DNA of 63,333 bases, counting the filler. It is 9 parts of 9 records of this genome, joined end to end, with 100 filler letters (N's around TTAATTAATTAA, not from the genome) between each part and the next. Parts side by side here need not be neighbours in the genome. Positions count along the whole stretch, not along the records: positions 7,489 to 20,122 come from SRR31156797_26718; positions 20,223 to 28,089 come from SRR31156797_26723; 7 more parts are not named here. One strand, given 5' to 3'. The position numbers and the translations under genes are program-made. Positions 10,112-20,741 of this stretch are shown here, in pieces (within the stretch, counting starts at the first letter, position 1; each line of letters begins with the position of its first letter). Below the pieces are notes generated by a model. It made no database searches, was not told the origin of the DNA, and saw only the letters and a list, made by a program, of their open reading frames with translations.

Positions 10112-10983
10112 CCCTCCTTGCTCTCCGGGTTAAGAAAAAAATCGAGCTTTTTCTCATCAACTTTGACACCAAACGCCTGTTTAAGTTCGTCATACACCCC
10201 CTGCCATGCCTCCCGGTATTTTGCCAGGAGAAGGTCGTTCCTGACGTAGGCTTTTTTCTCTTCAAAAGAGGGGCAAAAAGATTCTGTTTTACCGGTCAGC
10301 AACAGAAGATGAACCTGGCCGTCAATGGTTTGGGGCCGGGAAACCTCTCCGGGCACCAGGGCTTTGATCACGGGCCTCCAGGAAGGCTTGAAACGGCGCA
10401 ATGTCCGTGATCCAATGGCTCCCCCCTTTAGTTTTGATCTATCATCCAGGGAGTAGCGTCTGGCGGCCTCGCTGAAATCCACCTCACCGGCCTTTATTTT
10501 TTCAAGAACGGTTACGGCTTCGGCCTTGTCTTTGGTTTTTATGATGGAAACGCTGTACCGGGGTTTTATGGTGTAGCTATCTATATGATCGGTGTAAAAC
10601 GCCTCAATCTCCTGGTCAGAGAAATCGGTCTTGTCGATCCTGGAGACCAGGTTCGACTCCATGACCTTGAGGAAAAGATCGGACATGAAATTGTGGATTT
10701 CCGCCCGGACCCTGGGATCCTGGTGAAGTTTCTCTTTCAGGCCCTTTGCGATGATCATCTCCATGTTCAGGGCATGGTCAAAGACAAACTCCCGGGTGAG
10801 CTGTTCCGGGTTCTCCCGGTATCGTCTCTGGCCCTTGAGCAGATTGTAGTGGGCCTTGAGATCCGATTCAGTAAGACTTCCGTTCTTAAAAGTTACGACA
10901 GCATCCTGGTTCCCGGTCCCCCTGCAGCCTGCAACAAGCACCAAACAGATAAAAATCAAAAATAACGTTCTTTTCATGGGCAT
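10108..10983 (-). CDS. PpiC/PrsA-type peptidyl-prolyl isomerase lipoprotein
   Basis: Lipobox LVAGC; rotamase motif FSEAARRYSLDDRSKLKGGAIG. Confidence 0.85.
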   Translation of the reverse strand: MPMKRTLFLIFICLVLVAGCRGTGNQDAVVTFKNGSLTESDLKAHYNLLKGQRRYRENPEQLTREFVFDHALNMEMIIAKGLKEKLHQDPRVRAEIHNFMSDLFLKVMESNLVSRIDKTDFSDQEIEAFYTDHIDSYTIKPRYSVSIIKTKDKAEAVTVLEKIKAGEVDFSEAARRYSLDDRSKLKGGAIGSRTLRRFKPSWRPVIKALVPGEVSRPQTIDGQVHLLLLTGKTESFCPSFEEKKAYVRNDLLLAKYREAWQGVYDELKQAFGVKVDEKKLDFFLNPESKEG

Positions 10984-11008
10984 CTTTCCTTTGCTGTGTT
11001 TTGGTTTA

Positions 11009-12211
11009 TTATCCCGAATACATGGCCATCATTCCAGCTATCAATCCCCAGGCCACATACCCCACAAGACCGCCAAGAACGATGAGCAGGGCGGGTTCGA
11101 CCATGGCGGTCAGGGTTGCGATCTTATCGGTCAATATCTTTTCATGGAGCTCCCCCACCGATGCCATGGACTGATCCATGAGCCCTGTCTCCTCCCCTAT
11201 TTTGATCATGGCCACAAACATAGGCGTAAAAAAAGTCTGCGCCTTGAGGGCCGAGGAAAGTTCCTCCCCGGCCAGCACCTTCTGGTTCATCATGGAGATC
11301 AGACGCCGTGCCTCAAGGTTGCCGATGGTGTCACCCACGGCCCGCAGGGCGTCGATAAGGGTGATGCCGCTCTCAAGAAGCGAGGCAAAGGTCTTGGCGA
11401 ACTGAACAATGACACCGTAGCGCATCACCGGCCCCAGGACCGGGATGTAAATTTTGAACCGGTCGATCACAAGCCTTGCCGGCTCAATGGACATGAGAAT
11501 AACGCCCAGTGCCCCAAGCCCCGCAAACGCACCTGTAATTTCCAGGGCATGGATTTGCATGAAGTCTGCCACATCCAGGAGTAACTGGGTGTTTGCCGGC
11601 AATTTCCGCCCCTGGAGCAGTTTGGCAAACTTTGGAATCACAAAGGCCACTAAAAAAATGATCACAACGATGGAGACCACAAGGACAATGGACGGATAGA
11701 TCATGCTCATGATCATCTTGCTCCGGAGGGCTGCCTTGCTCTCCAGATAATCCGAGATTCTGTCAAGGACGACATCCAGAATTCCCCCAAGCTCCCCGGC
11801 CCGGATCATGCTGGTGACAAGATCTGGAAAAATCCTGGGATAGGCCGCCATGGCATCGCTCAAAGGAACGCCGCTTTCGATCTCCCCCCGGATGTTGCCA
11901 AGGGCGTTTCTCAGGCGACGGCCCTCGGTCTGCATGATCAAAATGTTGATGGATTCAGATACGGTCACATTGGACTTGATCAGGGAGGAGAACATCCTGA
12001 AAAAAAGAATTTTCTCTTTCATGCCCACCCGGCCGAACCTGACCGCAAAATTTTCAACGCCGGTGGTCTCCCCCCGTGCTTCACTGATGCTCTGGACAAT
12101 ATACCCATTGTTCGTAAGAAACCTTCCGGCCGCCTCCTTGTCCGAGGAGGAGAGGGTGCTCTTGATCTTGTTGCCGTCTGAATCAATGGCTGTGTACTTG
12201 AAAATCGGCAT
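11009..12211 (-). CDS. pilC: Type IV pilus/T2SS inner-membrane platform protein (PilC/GspF)
   Basis: MPIFKYTAID start, AGELGGILD, IYPSIVL, IGEETG and VEPALL motifs. Confidence 0.95.
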   Translation of the reverse strand: MPIFKYTAIDSDGNKIKSTLSSSDKEAAGRFLTNNGYIVQSISEARGETTGVENFAVRFGRVGMKEKILFFRMFSSLIKSNVTVSESINILIMQTEGRRLRNALGNIRGEIESGVPLSDAMAAYPRIFPDLVTSMIRAGELGGILDVVLDRISDYLESKAALRSKMIMSMIYPSIVLVVSIVVIIFLVAFVIPKFAKLLQGRKLPANTQLLLDVADFMQIHALEITGAFAGLGALGVILMSIEPARLVIDRFKIYIPVLGPVMRYGVIVQFAKTFASLLESGITLIDALRAVGDTIGNLEARRLISMMNQKVLAGEELSSALKAQTFFTPMFVAMIKIGEETGLMDQSMASVGELHEKILTDKIATLTAMVEPALLIVLGGLVGYVAWGLIAGMMAMYSG

Positions 12212-12212
12212 A

Positions 12213-13862
12213 TCAATCCATGGTTACCCGGATGATCTCTTCAGGGGTGGTGATCCCCCGGCGGATCTTTGCTATGCCGTCATCCCTCAAGGTTTTAAAG
12301 CCCTTGCTGGCAACGGCAAATTGCTTTAATTCATCAAACGTGACCCGTTCCATGATCATATTCCTGGCATCATCATCCACGGCAAAATATTCAAAAATGC
12401 CTGTTCTTCCTTTGTAGCCCATGGAGCACTCCTTGCACCCGGTTCCCCGCCTTACCTGAAACTGCTCATCCGGGGAGAGGCCCAGCATGGCAAGCTCGGC
12501 CCGGGTGATCGTCTCCCAGCGCCCGCAATTGGGACACACCTTTCTTGCAAGCCTCTGGGCAAGCACCCCCTTGACCGATGCGGCAATGAGAAACGGCTCC
12601 GCCCCCATGTCCACCATCCTTGAAAAAGCGCTGGGAGCATCGTTGGTATGGAGGGTGGAGAGAACAAGATGGCCCGTGATCGCCGCCCTGAGAGAGATCT
12701 CCAGGGTTTCGGTGTCCCGGATCTCCCCCACCATGATGATGTCGGGATCCTGGCGCAGGATCGCCCTGAGCCCCGAGGCAAAGGTGAGTTTACCGGATTC
12801 CGCCTGGGTCTGGTTGATTCCCCGGACCGTGAGCTCGACGGGATCCTCCAGGGTGGTGATATTGGTGGTGTCGTCCCGCATCTTCTGCAGCACCCCATAG
12901 AGGGTGGTGGACTTACCCGATCCCGTGGGCCCCGTGACCAGGACAATGCCGTAGGGGGAAGCCAGGGCTTCGTTGAAACGCTTCCCCATGGCCTTGTCCA
13001 TGCCCAGGAGATTGATGTCAATGGTTTCATCATGGGGAGGAAGAAGCCTTAACACGGCTTTTTCCCCGTTGATCACGGGCAGGACGCTCACCCTCAGGTT
13101 GACCCGGTCCACCTCGACGTCCAGGATCTGGGGAGAAAAGGCGAAGGAGCCGTCCTGGGGCTTTCGTTTTTCCGCAATGTCAAGTCCGGCGAGGACCTTG
13201 ATCCTGGAGATCAGCTTGCCCGTAAGGTTCCGGGGCAGAACCTCGGTTCGCTTCATCACCCCGTCAATACGAAACCGTATCTTCAGTTCATCGATTTCAG
13301 GCTCCACATGAATATCCGAGACCCCGAGATTGATGGCCCTGACCATGATCTTTTCAAAGATCTCGACGACAAAGGTTCCGGCGTCAACGGCGTCGGCGCG
13401 TTTCGGAACAATGGAGGTGTCGAATCCCCGGGAGAAATAGTGGTTCTGGAGTTTCTTCAAATGGCCTGTGCCGGTGAGAACAAGCTTGACCTGCTTCTGG
13501 GCAAGCCGTGACATGTTCTGGAGCACGGCCTTGGGCACGGCCTGGCTGCAGGCCACCAGCAGCTCCCTGTTTTTCCCAATGGCAACGGGCAGTACCCCGT
13601 TCTTGAGGCACATCTTTTTGGGAATCAGGTTGACGGCAATGGCATTCACCTCGGAAACCGTATCTGAAAACAGGGGGATGCCCAGATACCCGGAAAGATG
13701 AACGATCATTGCCCCTTCATCCAGAAGCCCCTCCCGGACGGCAGTGATGCCGAGTTTTTCCCCCACCATCTTCTGTTTGCCCAGAAGCTTTGAAAGCTCT
13801 CCCCGTGTGAGGACCTCCCTTGAGACCAGATACTCCCCGAATCTCTCCTTGTTAACAGCCAT
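12213..13862 (-). CDS. pilB: PilB/GspE assembly ATPase
   Basis: MshEN-like N-terminus (RFGEYLV), GPTGSGKSTT, TLEDPVE, LRQDPDIIMVGEIRD, tetracysteine CPNC...CKEC. Confidence 0.95.
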   Translation of the reverse strand: MAVNKERFGEYLVSREVLTRGELSKLLGKQKMVGEKLGITAVREGLLDEGAMIVHLSGYLGIPLFSDTVSEVNAIAVNLIPKKMCLKNGVLPVAIGKNRELLVACSQAVPKAVLQNMSRLAQKQVKLVLTGTGHLKKLQNHYFSRGFDTSIVPKRADAVDAGTFVVEIFEKIMVRAINLGVSDIHVEPEIDELKIRFRIDGVMKRTEVLPRNLTGKLISRIKVLAGLDIAEKRKPQDGSFAFSPQILDVEVDRVNLRVSVLPVINGEKAVLRLLPPHDETIDINLLGMDKAMGKRFNEALASPYGIVLVTGPTGSGKSTTLYGVLQKMRDDTTNITTLEDPVELTVRGINQTQAESGKLTFASGLRAILRQDPDIIMVGEIRDTETLEISLRAAITGHLVLSTLHTNDAPSAFSRMVDMGAEPFLIAASVKGVLAQRLARKVCPNCGRWETITRAELAMLGLSPDEQFQVRRGTGCKECSMGYKGRTGIFEYFAVDDDARNMIMERVTFDELKQFAVASKGFKTLRDDGIAKIRRGITTPEEIIRVTMD

Positions 13863-13868
13863 TGGTAA

Positions 13869-15041
13869 TTACCTTTGAAACCATTTTTTCCGTTTCTGAC
13901 CATCCATCTCCTGATCCATTCCCATAGCGGAATAGTCCGGGCTCAGTCGCTGCCGCATCAGTTTCTTGTTCTTTGCCGCGGCAACGGCCGTCTTTTCCGT
14001 GATCTTCCCCTCCTTGACAAGCCGGATCAGGCATTGCTCCATGGTGACCATGCCCTGCTGGGAACCGGTCTCCACAGACGAGTAGATCATGTCATCCTTG
14101 CCGTGCCGAATGAGATTGGAGATGCCCGGGGTGGAAAACATGATCTCCACGGCAGGAATCCTGCCCGTGTTTGAAACATTGGGCAGAAGCCGCTGGGACA
14201 CCACGCCCTTCAGGGTGGAGGAGAGCTGCTGGCGGATCTGGGCCTGCTCCCCTGCCGGGAATGCCCCCACAAGACGGTTGATGGTGGAAACACAGTCCCT
14301 GGAGTGGAGGGTGGAAAACACCAAATGACCGGTCTCGGCCGCCATGATGGCAGTGCGCATGGTCTCAAGATCCCTCATCTCGCCCACCAGGATCACATCG
14401 GGATCGGCCCTGAGGGAGTCCCGCAGGGCATCTGAAAACGAAAGCACATCGGAATGGAGCTCCCGCTGGTTGATGATGCTCTTGTCGTTCTGGTGGACAT
14501 ACTCAATGGGATCCTCAATGGTGATGATGTTATAGTGCCGGGTGGCGTTGATCTGATGGAGCACCGTTGCAAGGGTGGTGGATTTTCCCGATCCGGTCAC
14601 TCCGGTGACCAGAACCAGCCCGTCCCGGATATTGGGAAGGCGCTCCAGACTCCGGGGCAGCCCCAGGCTCTCAAAGGTGGGAATGCCGGAAGCAAGGAGG
14701 CGGCAAACAACAGAGAGCGATCCACGCTGGTAATAGATGGCGATCCGGAAACGGCCCACATCATTGATGCTCACGGCAAAATCCACGGACCGTTTTTTTC
14801 CAAGCACCTCCCTGTACCGGTCCGTGATGATCTCATCCACCAGGGCTTTGATGTCGTCACCGGAAAGACCGGAATACGGTTTCCAGGATTCCATCTTCCC
14901 CTTGACCCGGAACATGGGGGGCATGCCCCGGGTCAGGTGAAGATCCGAGGCATCCAGTTTCAGGGTCTTTTTGAACAGCTCCTCCATGGATGGCTTCTTC
15001 ACGGTGGATATCATGGTCACTCCTGCATCATACATGCACAT
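13869..15041 (-). CDS. pilT: PilT/PilU retraction ATPase
   Basis: ASDLHL, GVTGSGKSTT, LRADPDVILVGEMRD, AAETGHLVFSTLH, and AIRNLIRE-like GISNLIRH. Confidence 0.93.
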   Translation of the reverse strand: MCMYDAGVTMISTVKKPSMEELFKKTLKLDASDLHLTRGMPPMFRVKGKMESWKPYSGLSGDDIKALVDEIITDRYREVLGKKRSVDFAVSINDVGRFRIAIYYQRGSLSVVCRLLASGIPTFESLGLPRSLERLPNIRDGLVLVTGVTGSGKSTTLATVLHQINATRHYNIITIEDPIEYVHQNDKSIINQRELHSDVLSFSDALRDSLRADPDVILVGEMRDLETMRTAIMAAETGHLVFSTLHSRDCVSTINRLVGAFPAGEQAQIRQQLSSTLKGVVSQRLLPNVSNTGRIPAVEIMFSTPGISNLIRHGKDDMIYSSVETGSQQGMVTMEQCLIRLVKEGKITEKTAVAAAKNKKLMRQRLSPDYSAMGMDQEMDGQKRKKWFQR

Positions 15042-15049
15042 CTCCTTTG

Positions 15050-16942
15050 TTATGGTCCGGGCTGGTCCGACAGCAGGGTGTCCCGGCCGTCAAGGATTAT
15101 CCTGCTCGAACTCTTGCGTTTCAGAAAAGCCTCGGTGCCGCGTCCCGCCGCTGCAGGATGGTTGATCACATGGGGAGTGATCACGATGACCGTCTCGGTC
15201 TTCTGCTTGGTATTTGTCTTTTGCTTGAAGAAAACCCCCAATCCCGGGATATCCCCGAGCACGGGCACCTTTTTTTCGACATAGTCGACGGTTTCCCGGA
15301 TGATCCCCCCCAGGGCGATGGCCTGACCGGATCTTGCCGTCACGATGGACTCGATCTCGCTCTTTGCCTTGCCGTCCAGGGGAAAGGATACCAGCTCTCC
15401 TGTGTTGTCGTCGGCAATCTGGATGGAGGACATGTTGAGCTGGGCTGACGAAATCTCGGCCTTGATCTCAAAGGTGACGGTTTCGTCCTCATTTATAAAG
15501 GTGGTGATCTCAACGTCGGTTCCAAGCTCTTCCCGCTTGATGTCGTAGATAAAAGTGTTGATGGTGACACCGCTGTCGCCAAGGGGAACGGTCTCTTTTT
15601 TCACGTCATCCCGCAGCGGCACCTCTTCTCCCACGAAAAAATCGACCTTGGAGTTGTTGGCGCTCATGAGAAACGGGGTTGACACCGTGTTGGCACGGCC
15701 CTCCCGCTCAAAGAACGAAACCCTGGCCTGGATATCGTCATAGTTCAGAACACCGGAAAAGGTGGATGCCATGGTGGGAAGTCCCTCGAGCAGATCCAGC
15801 TGACCGCCTTCATAGACATTGAGTTCTTTGCCGCCGATAAACCGGCTGTCCTCAAGGGAGCCGCTGATATCGCCGTAGCTGATCTTAAAAAAGCTCTCCG
15901 CATCATCCGCCAGGGTAACCTGGATGATCTGCACCTCCATGAGCACCTGGTTTGTGGGGGTATCAAGGGCTGCGATAATATCGGAAATCTCATTAAGGAG
16001 CCGGTCGTCCAGGGAACGCGCAATGATGCAGTTGTTGCGCTTGAACACCGTTAGAATGGCAAGCAGGGGACGCCTGCACGATTTGGAAACGGTCCTGGCC
16101 ACCGTCTGTGCTTCGGGCGGCTCGGCCCGGCCCATCCCTCCCTTCTGCCGGGGCGAAGGAGCCTTGACAGGTTCGGCGTCCTGCTGCCGGCTGTTGATAA
16201 AAATGAATCTCTGGGCATCCCCTCCCCCCAGCTTGGCACCGTCATAGTCCCCGTCAAGATCCACATCCTCTTCAGGATCGATGTGACCATAGATCTTCTC
16301 ATCCTCAATGGCCGCAAGGTAGACCTCCTCCCCCATCACCGCCTGGATTACCTTCGCCATGTCGGCGGCATTGGTGTAGTTGACATAAAATGCCCGGGTG
16401 TGCTCATCCTGGCGGATCTCGATGTCATCCACATACTCCTGCCGGGTCATGAGGGTGACGATGTTGTTCCCCTCCCTGTACCAGAGGCCATTGAGCCGGC
16501 AAAGGGTCTCGAGGGCGGATTTAAGGGTGATATCCCGCATGAAGATGGAGATGGGCAGATCTGCCACCCTGTTGGTGGCAACCACATTGTAACCGCACAA
16601 CTCGGTCAGAAGCTCGGCTATGAGCCTGACCGGCACCAGTTCAAGAACCATGGAGCGGATGTTTTCGGACATGCCCTTGAGGGGGCGCTCCCCTCCGGCC
16701 GATGCCAGCAACTCCCGGGCCTCTTCCTCCGGCACGGCCTCTCCCTTGATGATTTTCACGATGGGCCTGCCCGTGCCGGCGACCTCCTCCCCGGGGATCA
16801 GGGCCTCGACCTTTTTTTCAGAAACCGCGTCCACGGTGTTATAGGGATTCCCATGGCCGGGATAGGGATTGTCCAAGCTTGAGCACCCGCTGAAAACAGC
16901 AACGACAACCATTATAAAAAGAACCGTATTCAAAGATCTCAT
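15050..16942 (-). CDS. Secretin (GspD/PilQ family) with lipoprotein-type signal
   Basis: VFSGC lipobox; ALDTPTNQVLMEVQI and KVPVLGDIPGLGVFFK...TETVIVITPHVI secretin motifs; no AMIN domains seen. Confidence 0.93.
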   Translation of the reverse strand: MRSLNTVLFIMVVVAVFSGCSSLDNPYPGHGNPYNTVDAVSEKKVEALIPGEEVAGTGRPIVKIIKGEAVPEEEARELLASAGGERPLKGMSENIRSMVLELVPVRLIAELLTELCGYNVVATNRVADLPISIFMRDITLKSALETLCRLNGLWYREGNNIVTLMTRQEYVDDIEIRQDEHTRAFYVNYTNAADMAKVIQAVMGEEVYLAAIEDEKIYGHIDPEEDVDLDGDYDGAKLGGGDAQRFIFINSRQQDAEPVKAPSPRQKGGMGRAEPPEAQTVARTVSKSCRRPLLAILTVFKRNNCIIARSLDDRLLNEISDIIAALDTPTNQVLMEVQIIQVTLADDAESFFKISYGDISGSLEDSRFIGGKELNVYEGGQLDLLEGLPTMASTFSGVLNYDDIQARVSFFEREGRANTVSTPFLMSANNSKVDFFVGEEVPLRDDVKKETVPLGDSGVTINTFIYDIKREELGTDVEITTFINEDETVTFEIKAEISSAQLNMSSIQIADDNTGELVSFPLDGKAKSEIESIVTARSGQAIALGGIIRETVDYVEKKVPVLGDIPGLGVFFKQKTNTKQKTETVIVITPHVINHPAAAGRGTEAFLKRKSSSRIILDGRDTLLSDQPGP

Positions 16943-17295
16943 CTTGCTTCAACCCTGTAGAATTCGTTGTTGTTTCCCTTGAGAACAATACTCTTTTCCC
17001 GGATTTCATGAAGGAAATAGACATGGCGGATATCGTTATGATCAATAACGATCCTGTCGTTAACGGAATAGACGGCAAAAGGATGATCATTAACACTGAG
17101 GATCGCCTTGCCCTGGTCCCGGGTCAGGATGATGCCGGAAATCCGGCAGCTGTTCGAGGCGGCTTCATAGTCATAGAGATCAATTGTCTTCTTGGGAGTG
17201 GCAAAGGGACTTCTCTCTTCAAGGCAGGCCCCTTCCCGGGCAAATACCGCCACCATCACCAGGGCCGCCAGAAACCTAATTTTAAACACCGGCAT
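16939..17295 (-). CDS. PilP/GspC-like periplasmic protein
   Basis: Signal peptide, RSPF motif, ISGIIL...AILSVND beta-rich domain; lies between pilO and the secretin. Confidence 0.55.
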   Translation of the reverse strand: MPVFKIRFLAALVMVAVFAREGACLEERSPFATPKKTIDLYDYEAASNSCRISGIILTRDQGKAILSVNDHPFAVYSVNDRIVIDHNDIRHVYFLHEIREKSIVLKGNNNEFYRVEAR

Positions 17296-17307
17296 TACGT
17301 CTTTTTC

Positions 17308-17850
17308 CTATATCTTCATTAAAAAGGTTATGTTGACAAGGGTGTCCTGGTCAGGATGCTTTTCCATGACAACCTCTTCGATCTCCACCACATCCCCCAT
17401 CTCCTTCAGCTCCAGAAGCAGCGACATGAAGTTCTGGAACGGACAGGTAAGGTCCATGCGATAGGGGGACCACTTGCAGAAACGATCCTCCAGGGCCGCC
17501 TCCGGCGTGATGGAGTTGACCTGGATCTCTTCCGCCTCGATTTTCCCGTTGATCCGGCTCAAAAGCGCCGTGATTTCAGAAGCGGATCCCATTTTCATCG
17601 AGATGGTATTCAGCTTATTTTTCAGGGTTTCCCTCTCCTTCCTGTTCTTGGCCACCTGTTTTTTTACTTTGAGAAGGGACGGCACATCCTTTATCTCATT
17701 GAGCTGCGTCACAATCTTGTTGCGCTTTTCCAGGGTTTTTTTAAGGACCTTGGTCTGGGGATCATACATATGTTTCATATAGAAAAACGAGCATCCGATA
17801 ATCATTGCCCCGGCAAGCCCGAACTTTTCAAAAGGGGTCATTTTTTTCAC
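17308..17850 (-). CDS. pilO: PilO/GspM-like protein
   Basis: N-terminal TM, coiled coil, C-terminal domain (SEITALLSRI...FQNFMSLLLEL); operon position. Confidence 0.75.
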   Translation of the reverse strand: MKKMTPFEKFGLAGAMIIGCSFFYMKHMYDPQTKVLKKTLEKRNKIVTQLNEIKDVPSLLKVKKQVAKNRKERETLKNKLNTISMKMGSASEITALLSRINGKIEAEEIQVNSITPEAALEDRFCKWSPYRMDLTCPFQNFMSLLLELKEMGDVVEIEEVVMEKHPDQDTLVNITFLMKI

Positions 17851-19355
17851 GATGCAGCTCCGTCCGGGGAGGTGGTCACCTCAAGCTCGAAATAAAGGGT
17901 ATTCTTCTCCTCTTTTTTCACCATATCGATGGTTGCGGCCCTGCACCAGTCGTCTTCCTGGATCCTGGTCGCAAAGAGACCGACAGAATCAAGATCCCAG
18001 GAGGTTCCGCACACGCGATAGGTGGTTGCACCGGCCTGGGTCACCGAGGTGAGCACCATGGATTCCGGGAGGGAACGGGAAATTCCTTTCATGCAGGTCA
18101 TAAGGAAATTCAGATTCTTGTCGGCCCGGCTGTTGATGAAGTTAATCCGCTGCTGGGAAAACGCGTTCTCCGTTTCAAGCCGTTCCGACTCCGTTAACAG
18201 GTCCTCATACTTGCTGATGTCCGCTTTTTTTTTCTTCAGCTTCGCAGAATAGGTTTCGATATCCTTTTTATACCGTTTTTCCTGGATTTTCATCATCTGG
18301 TAATGGCCAAGAAGAAACAGGGCCACAAGGGCCGTAAGGGCAAGGGGCATGACATAGACATTCTTCCGGATCTTGACCATCAAAGGCTCTGAGTCGTCAA
18401 TGCCCACCCGCCGGAACTTATTCCCCTTCGCCTCCCGCATCCCGGCGCCGATCACCGTTCCGAATGCGGCATTCTCGGGATCTGCGGAGGTGTCCTTGAC
18501 CCCGGCGGTCTTAGCCACCCCGAGGGGCTTTGCCCCGGTGGGACAAAGCCCGTTGATATAATCGACAATGTCGGGATCACCGGCGCCCGGACCTGTGAGG
18601 ATCAGCGGTTCGGGTTCCGGCACCTGGCCCAAGGTGAATTTCAGGGTCTCCACAAGATCCGGAACCCTCTGCCCTTGGTCGATCTCGGCCCTGAGCGCCT
18701 CCTGGGTGATCTCCAGGGTGTTGATCTGGTCCGGATACCGCCCCATGACCACGGCGAAATTGGAATAATCCTCGCCGATCTCAAGGATGGCCCGGGGTGA
18801 TTTGAGCCTGTCGAAAAACAGGGGCATGAAAAAGGATACATCCGGGGGATATATCCGCACAAGCTTCAGGCCGGCCGCCTTGAAACGCTCTTTGATGGCC
18901 ACAAAGACATTTCGCTCCATGGCCGAGACATTGACCATGACCTCATCGGAGTCATCCTCATACACCACCTGGCCGGGCTGGGCCTTCTTCTTCTGCTCGA
19001 TCTCGACCCCCACCAGGGCGTTGTTGCCGGAAATCCCCGTATAGGTCTCGATCTCCCACTTGGCAGCCTCATGGAGGTCATAGTCCCCCATGGCCGTCAC
19101 CTTTTCACGGTCCATGAACAGCTCGCAGGCCCGGGCCATGGGGGTGACATAAACCGCGGACGTTCCTTCGGCATCAAGCCGTTTGGCAAGTTTTCCGATT
19201 GTTTCGATGTCCGGCAGGTCATCATTGGAATTTTGCCGTTTAAGACTTGTGAAATCCACCACCTGCACGGTTCTTCCGCTCTTTCTGATCAGGGCCGCCC
19301 TGATCTCGCTTCCCGCCACCTCAATGGCGACGATCCGACGTTCTATTCCCATCAT
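17847..19355 (-). CDS. PilM-PilN fusion (GspL-like architecture)
   Basis: Actin-like N-terminus (IVAIEVAGSEIRAA, AILEIGEDYS, LILTGPG), then TM, coiled coil and PilN motif ISRSLPESMVLTSV; start MMGIERR at 19355. Confidence 0.75.
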   Translation of the reverse strand: MMGIERRIVAIEVAGSEIRAALIRKSGRTVQVVDFTSLKRQNSNDDLPDIETIGKLAKRLDAEGTSAVYVTPMARACELFMDREKVTAMGDYDLHEAAKWEIETYTGISGNNALVGVEIEQKKKAQPGQVVYEDDSDEVMVNVSAMERNVFVAIKERFKAAGLKLVRIYPPDVSFFMPLFFDRLKSPRAILEIGEDYSNFAVVMGRYPDQINTLEITQEALRAEIDQGQRVPDLVETLKFTLGQVPEPEPLILTGPGAGDPDIVDYINGLCPTGAKPLGVAKTAGVKDTSADPENAAFGTVIGAGMREAKGNKFRRVGIDDSEPLMVKIRKNVYVMPLALTALVALFLLGHYQMMKIQEKRYKKDIETYSAKLKKKKADISKYEDLLTESERLETENAFSQQRINFINSRADKNLNFLMTCMKGISRSLPESMVLTSVTQAGATTYRVCGTSWDLDSVGLFATRIQEDDWCRAATIDMVKKEEKNTLYFELEVTTSPDGAAS

Positions 19356-19401
19356 GGTCTGTCGTTTCCTGCCCCGGTCATTCCGGGCGAATCGGAGATT
19401 G

Positions 19402-20122
19402 TCATGGTTGCGCCGTAAAAAGATCCGCGTTAAACACGATCCGGTCAAAAATTGCCGCCGCCCTGGTAACGTCCAGGAGTACGCTCTTAAACGTCTCCCC
19501 GGAATCGATCTCATTATTGCCATTGTCATCGTTCCAGGCCGCCAGATAACGGATTCCAGTATGAATTTTACCGATTGTGGCGCCGTTAAATTCAAACGCC
19601 GGTGTTCCGGGGCCGGTCCCAACGCTCCAGTCGTCCTCGGTGCCGTCCCCATCCTCGTCGGTCAGGGGAACAACCGGCCTCAGGGTCTGATCCGCCGCAC
19701 TTCCCGTACTCCTGAAACAACGCACCCGGATGGAGCCGGCATTGGCGTTCAGCACCACCACGGTGTTGATGGTGACGATTCCGGGATAAAAGTCTGTCCG
19801 GTCGATGCCCCGGTAAAGGTTGTCCCGGTTTGGGGGAAGCAAGGGATCATAGGCCGAAATATCAACCGCTTCCGTAAAATTCCCGGGCTCTCCATCACCG
19901 GTTGTTTCACCAAAATCAAAGCGCCCGTCCCTTCCCCTGGAAAGGATCAGCATCCGGCCGCTGTCTTTGAAAAAAAGGAGCTCCCGGCCCCAGGCATCCG
20001 TCAGCCGCTCCCCTTCACCGCTTTCAAAGGGAGGAAAAACATACCGGTAACGCCACCCGATGCCCCATAGGTTCATGGCCGGGTCATCCCCTGCATCTTC
20101 CTTGTTGGGATGACGGGTCCAG
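19402..20122 (-). CDS. Large pseudopilin-like protein (5' truncated)
   Basis: GWRYRY...DAWGRELLF...SRGRDGRFD GspG-like motif, then acidic DxDxDG/DxNxNxxxD Ca-binding-like segments; frame open to the contig edge. Confidence 0.6.
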
Positions 20123-20222
20123 NNNNNNNNNNNNNNNNNNNNNNNNNNNNNNNNNNNNNNNNNNNNTTAATTAATTAANNNNNNNNNNNNNNNNNNNNNN
20201 NNNNNNNNNNNNNNNNNNNNNN

Positions 20223-20543
20223 GGACAGGAAGATGCAGACAGAAACATACTGGACAGGAGCAACTGGGAATCCATTAAAGAATTTGCACAGCTGGATGGT
20301 GTTTTTATTATATCCGAGGAAGGGATGATTAAAGCTGCCGGAAGGTATCTGGACGTAGATGCAAGGGACATTGTCATGGAAAAAGGACTAGGTGGACGCC
20401 ATGTATCAGCTGCTGCAATAACCAGAGATACAGTGTCTATAGCGGTTACAATATCCCAATCCGGCGGAGTCATCCACATCTATATGGATGGAAAAGAACT
20501 GCTTCATATTGAATCTACGGAAAGAGCAATCCGTCTGAACTAG
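20223..20543 (+). CDS. dacZ: Diadenylate cyclase (DisA_N/DacZ) C-terminal fragment
   Basis: KEFAQLDGVFII...GLGGRHVSAAAITR...SQSGG, the DGA- and RHR-equivalent motifs; 5' truncated. Confidence 0.85.
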   Translation, partial: GQEDADRNILDRSNWESIKEFAQLDGVFIISEEGMIKAAGRYLDVDARDIVMEKGLGGRHVSAAAITRDTVSIAVTISQSGGVIHIYMDGKELLHIESTERAIRLN

Positions 20544-20741
20544 GTTTAAAGGCACCACTTACCACAGTGCATTTGAATTTACAAGCAAAGTGTTATCCCC
20601 TGCCTTATTTTGGTCAAAAATTTATTTAAACCATTAACAGGAATTCACGATAACGTGAGAGTTGCCAAAAATAAAAAATAGAGGTGAGATCGGTATGGAC
20701 TACCGATCATTTATATTTGTTATATTTTTAGTTACCTGAAC

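Noticed and set aside
9990-10265. ORF-track N-terminal extension of the GspG-like gene
   Set aside because: Overlaps the PPIase and the 35-aa ORF; a good RBS supports ATG 9989
7642-20070. Many long plus-strand ORFs (e.g. 10856-11584, 14454-15284, 19183-20070)
   Set aside because: Antisense shadows of GC-rich minus-strand genes; no recognisable motifs
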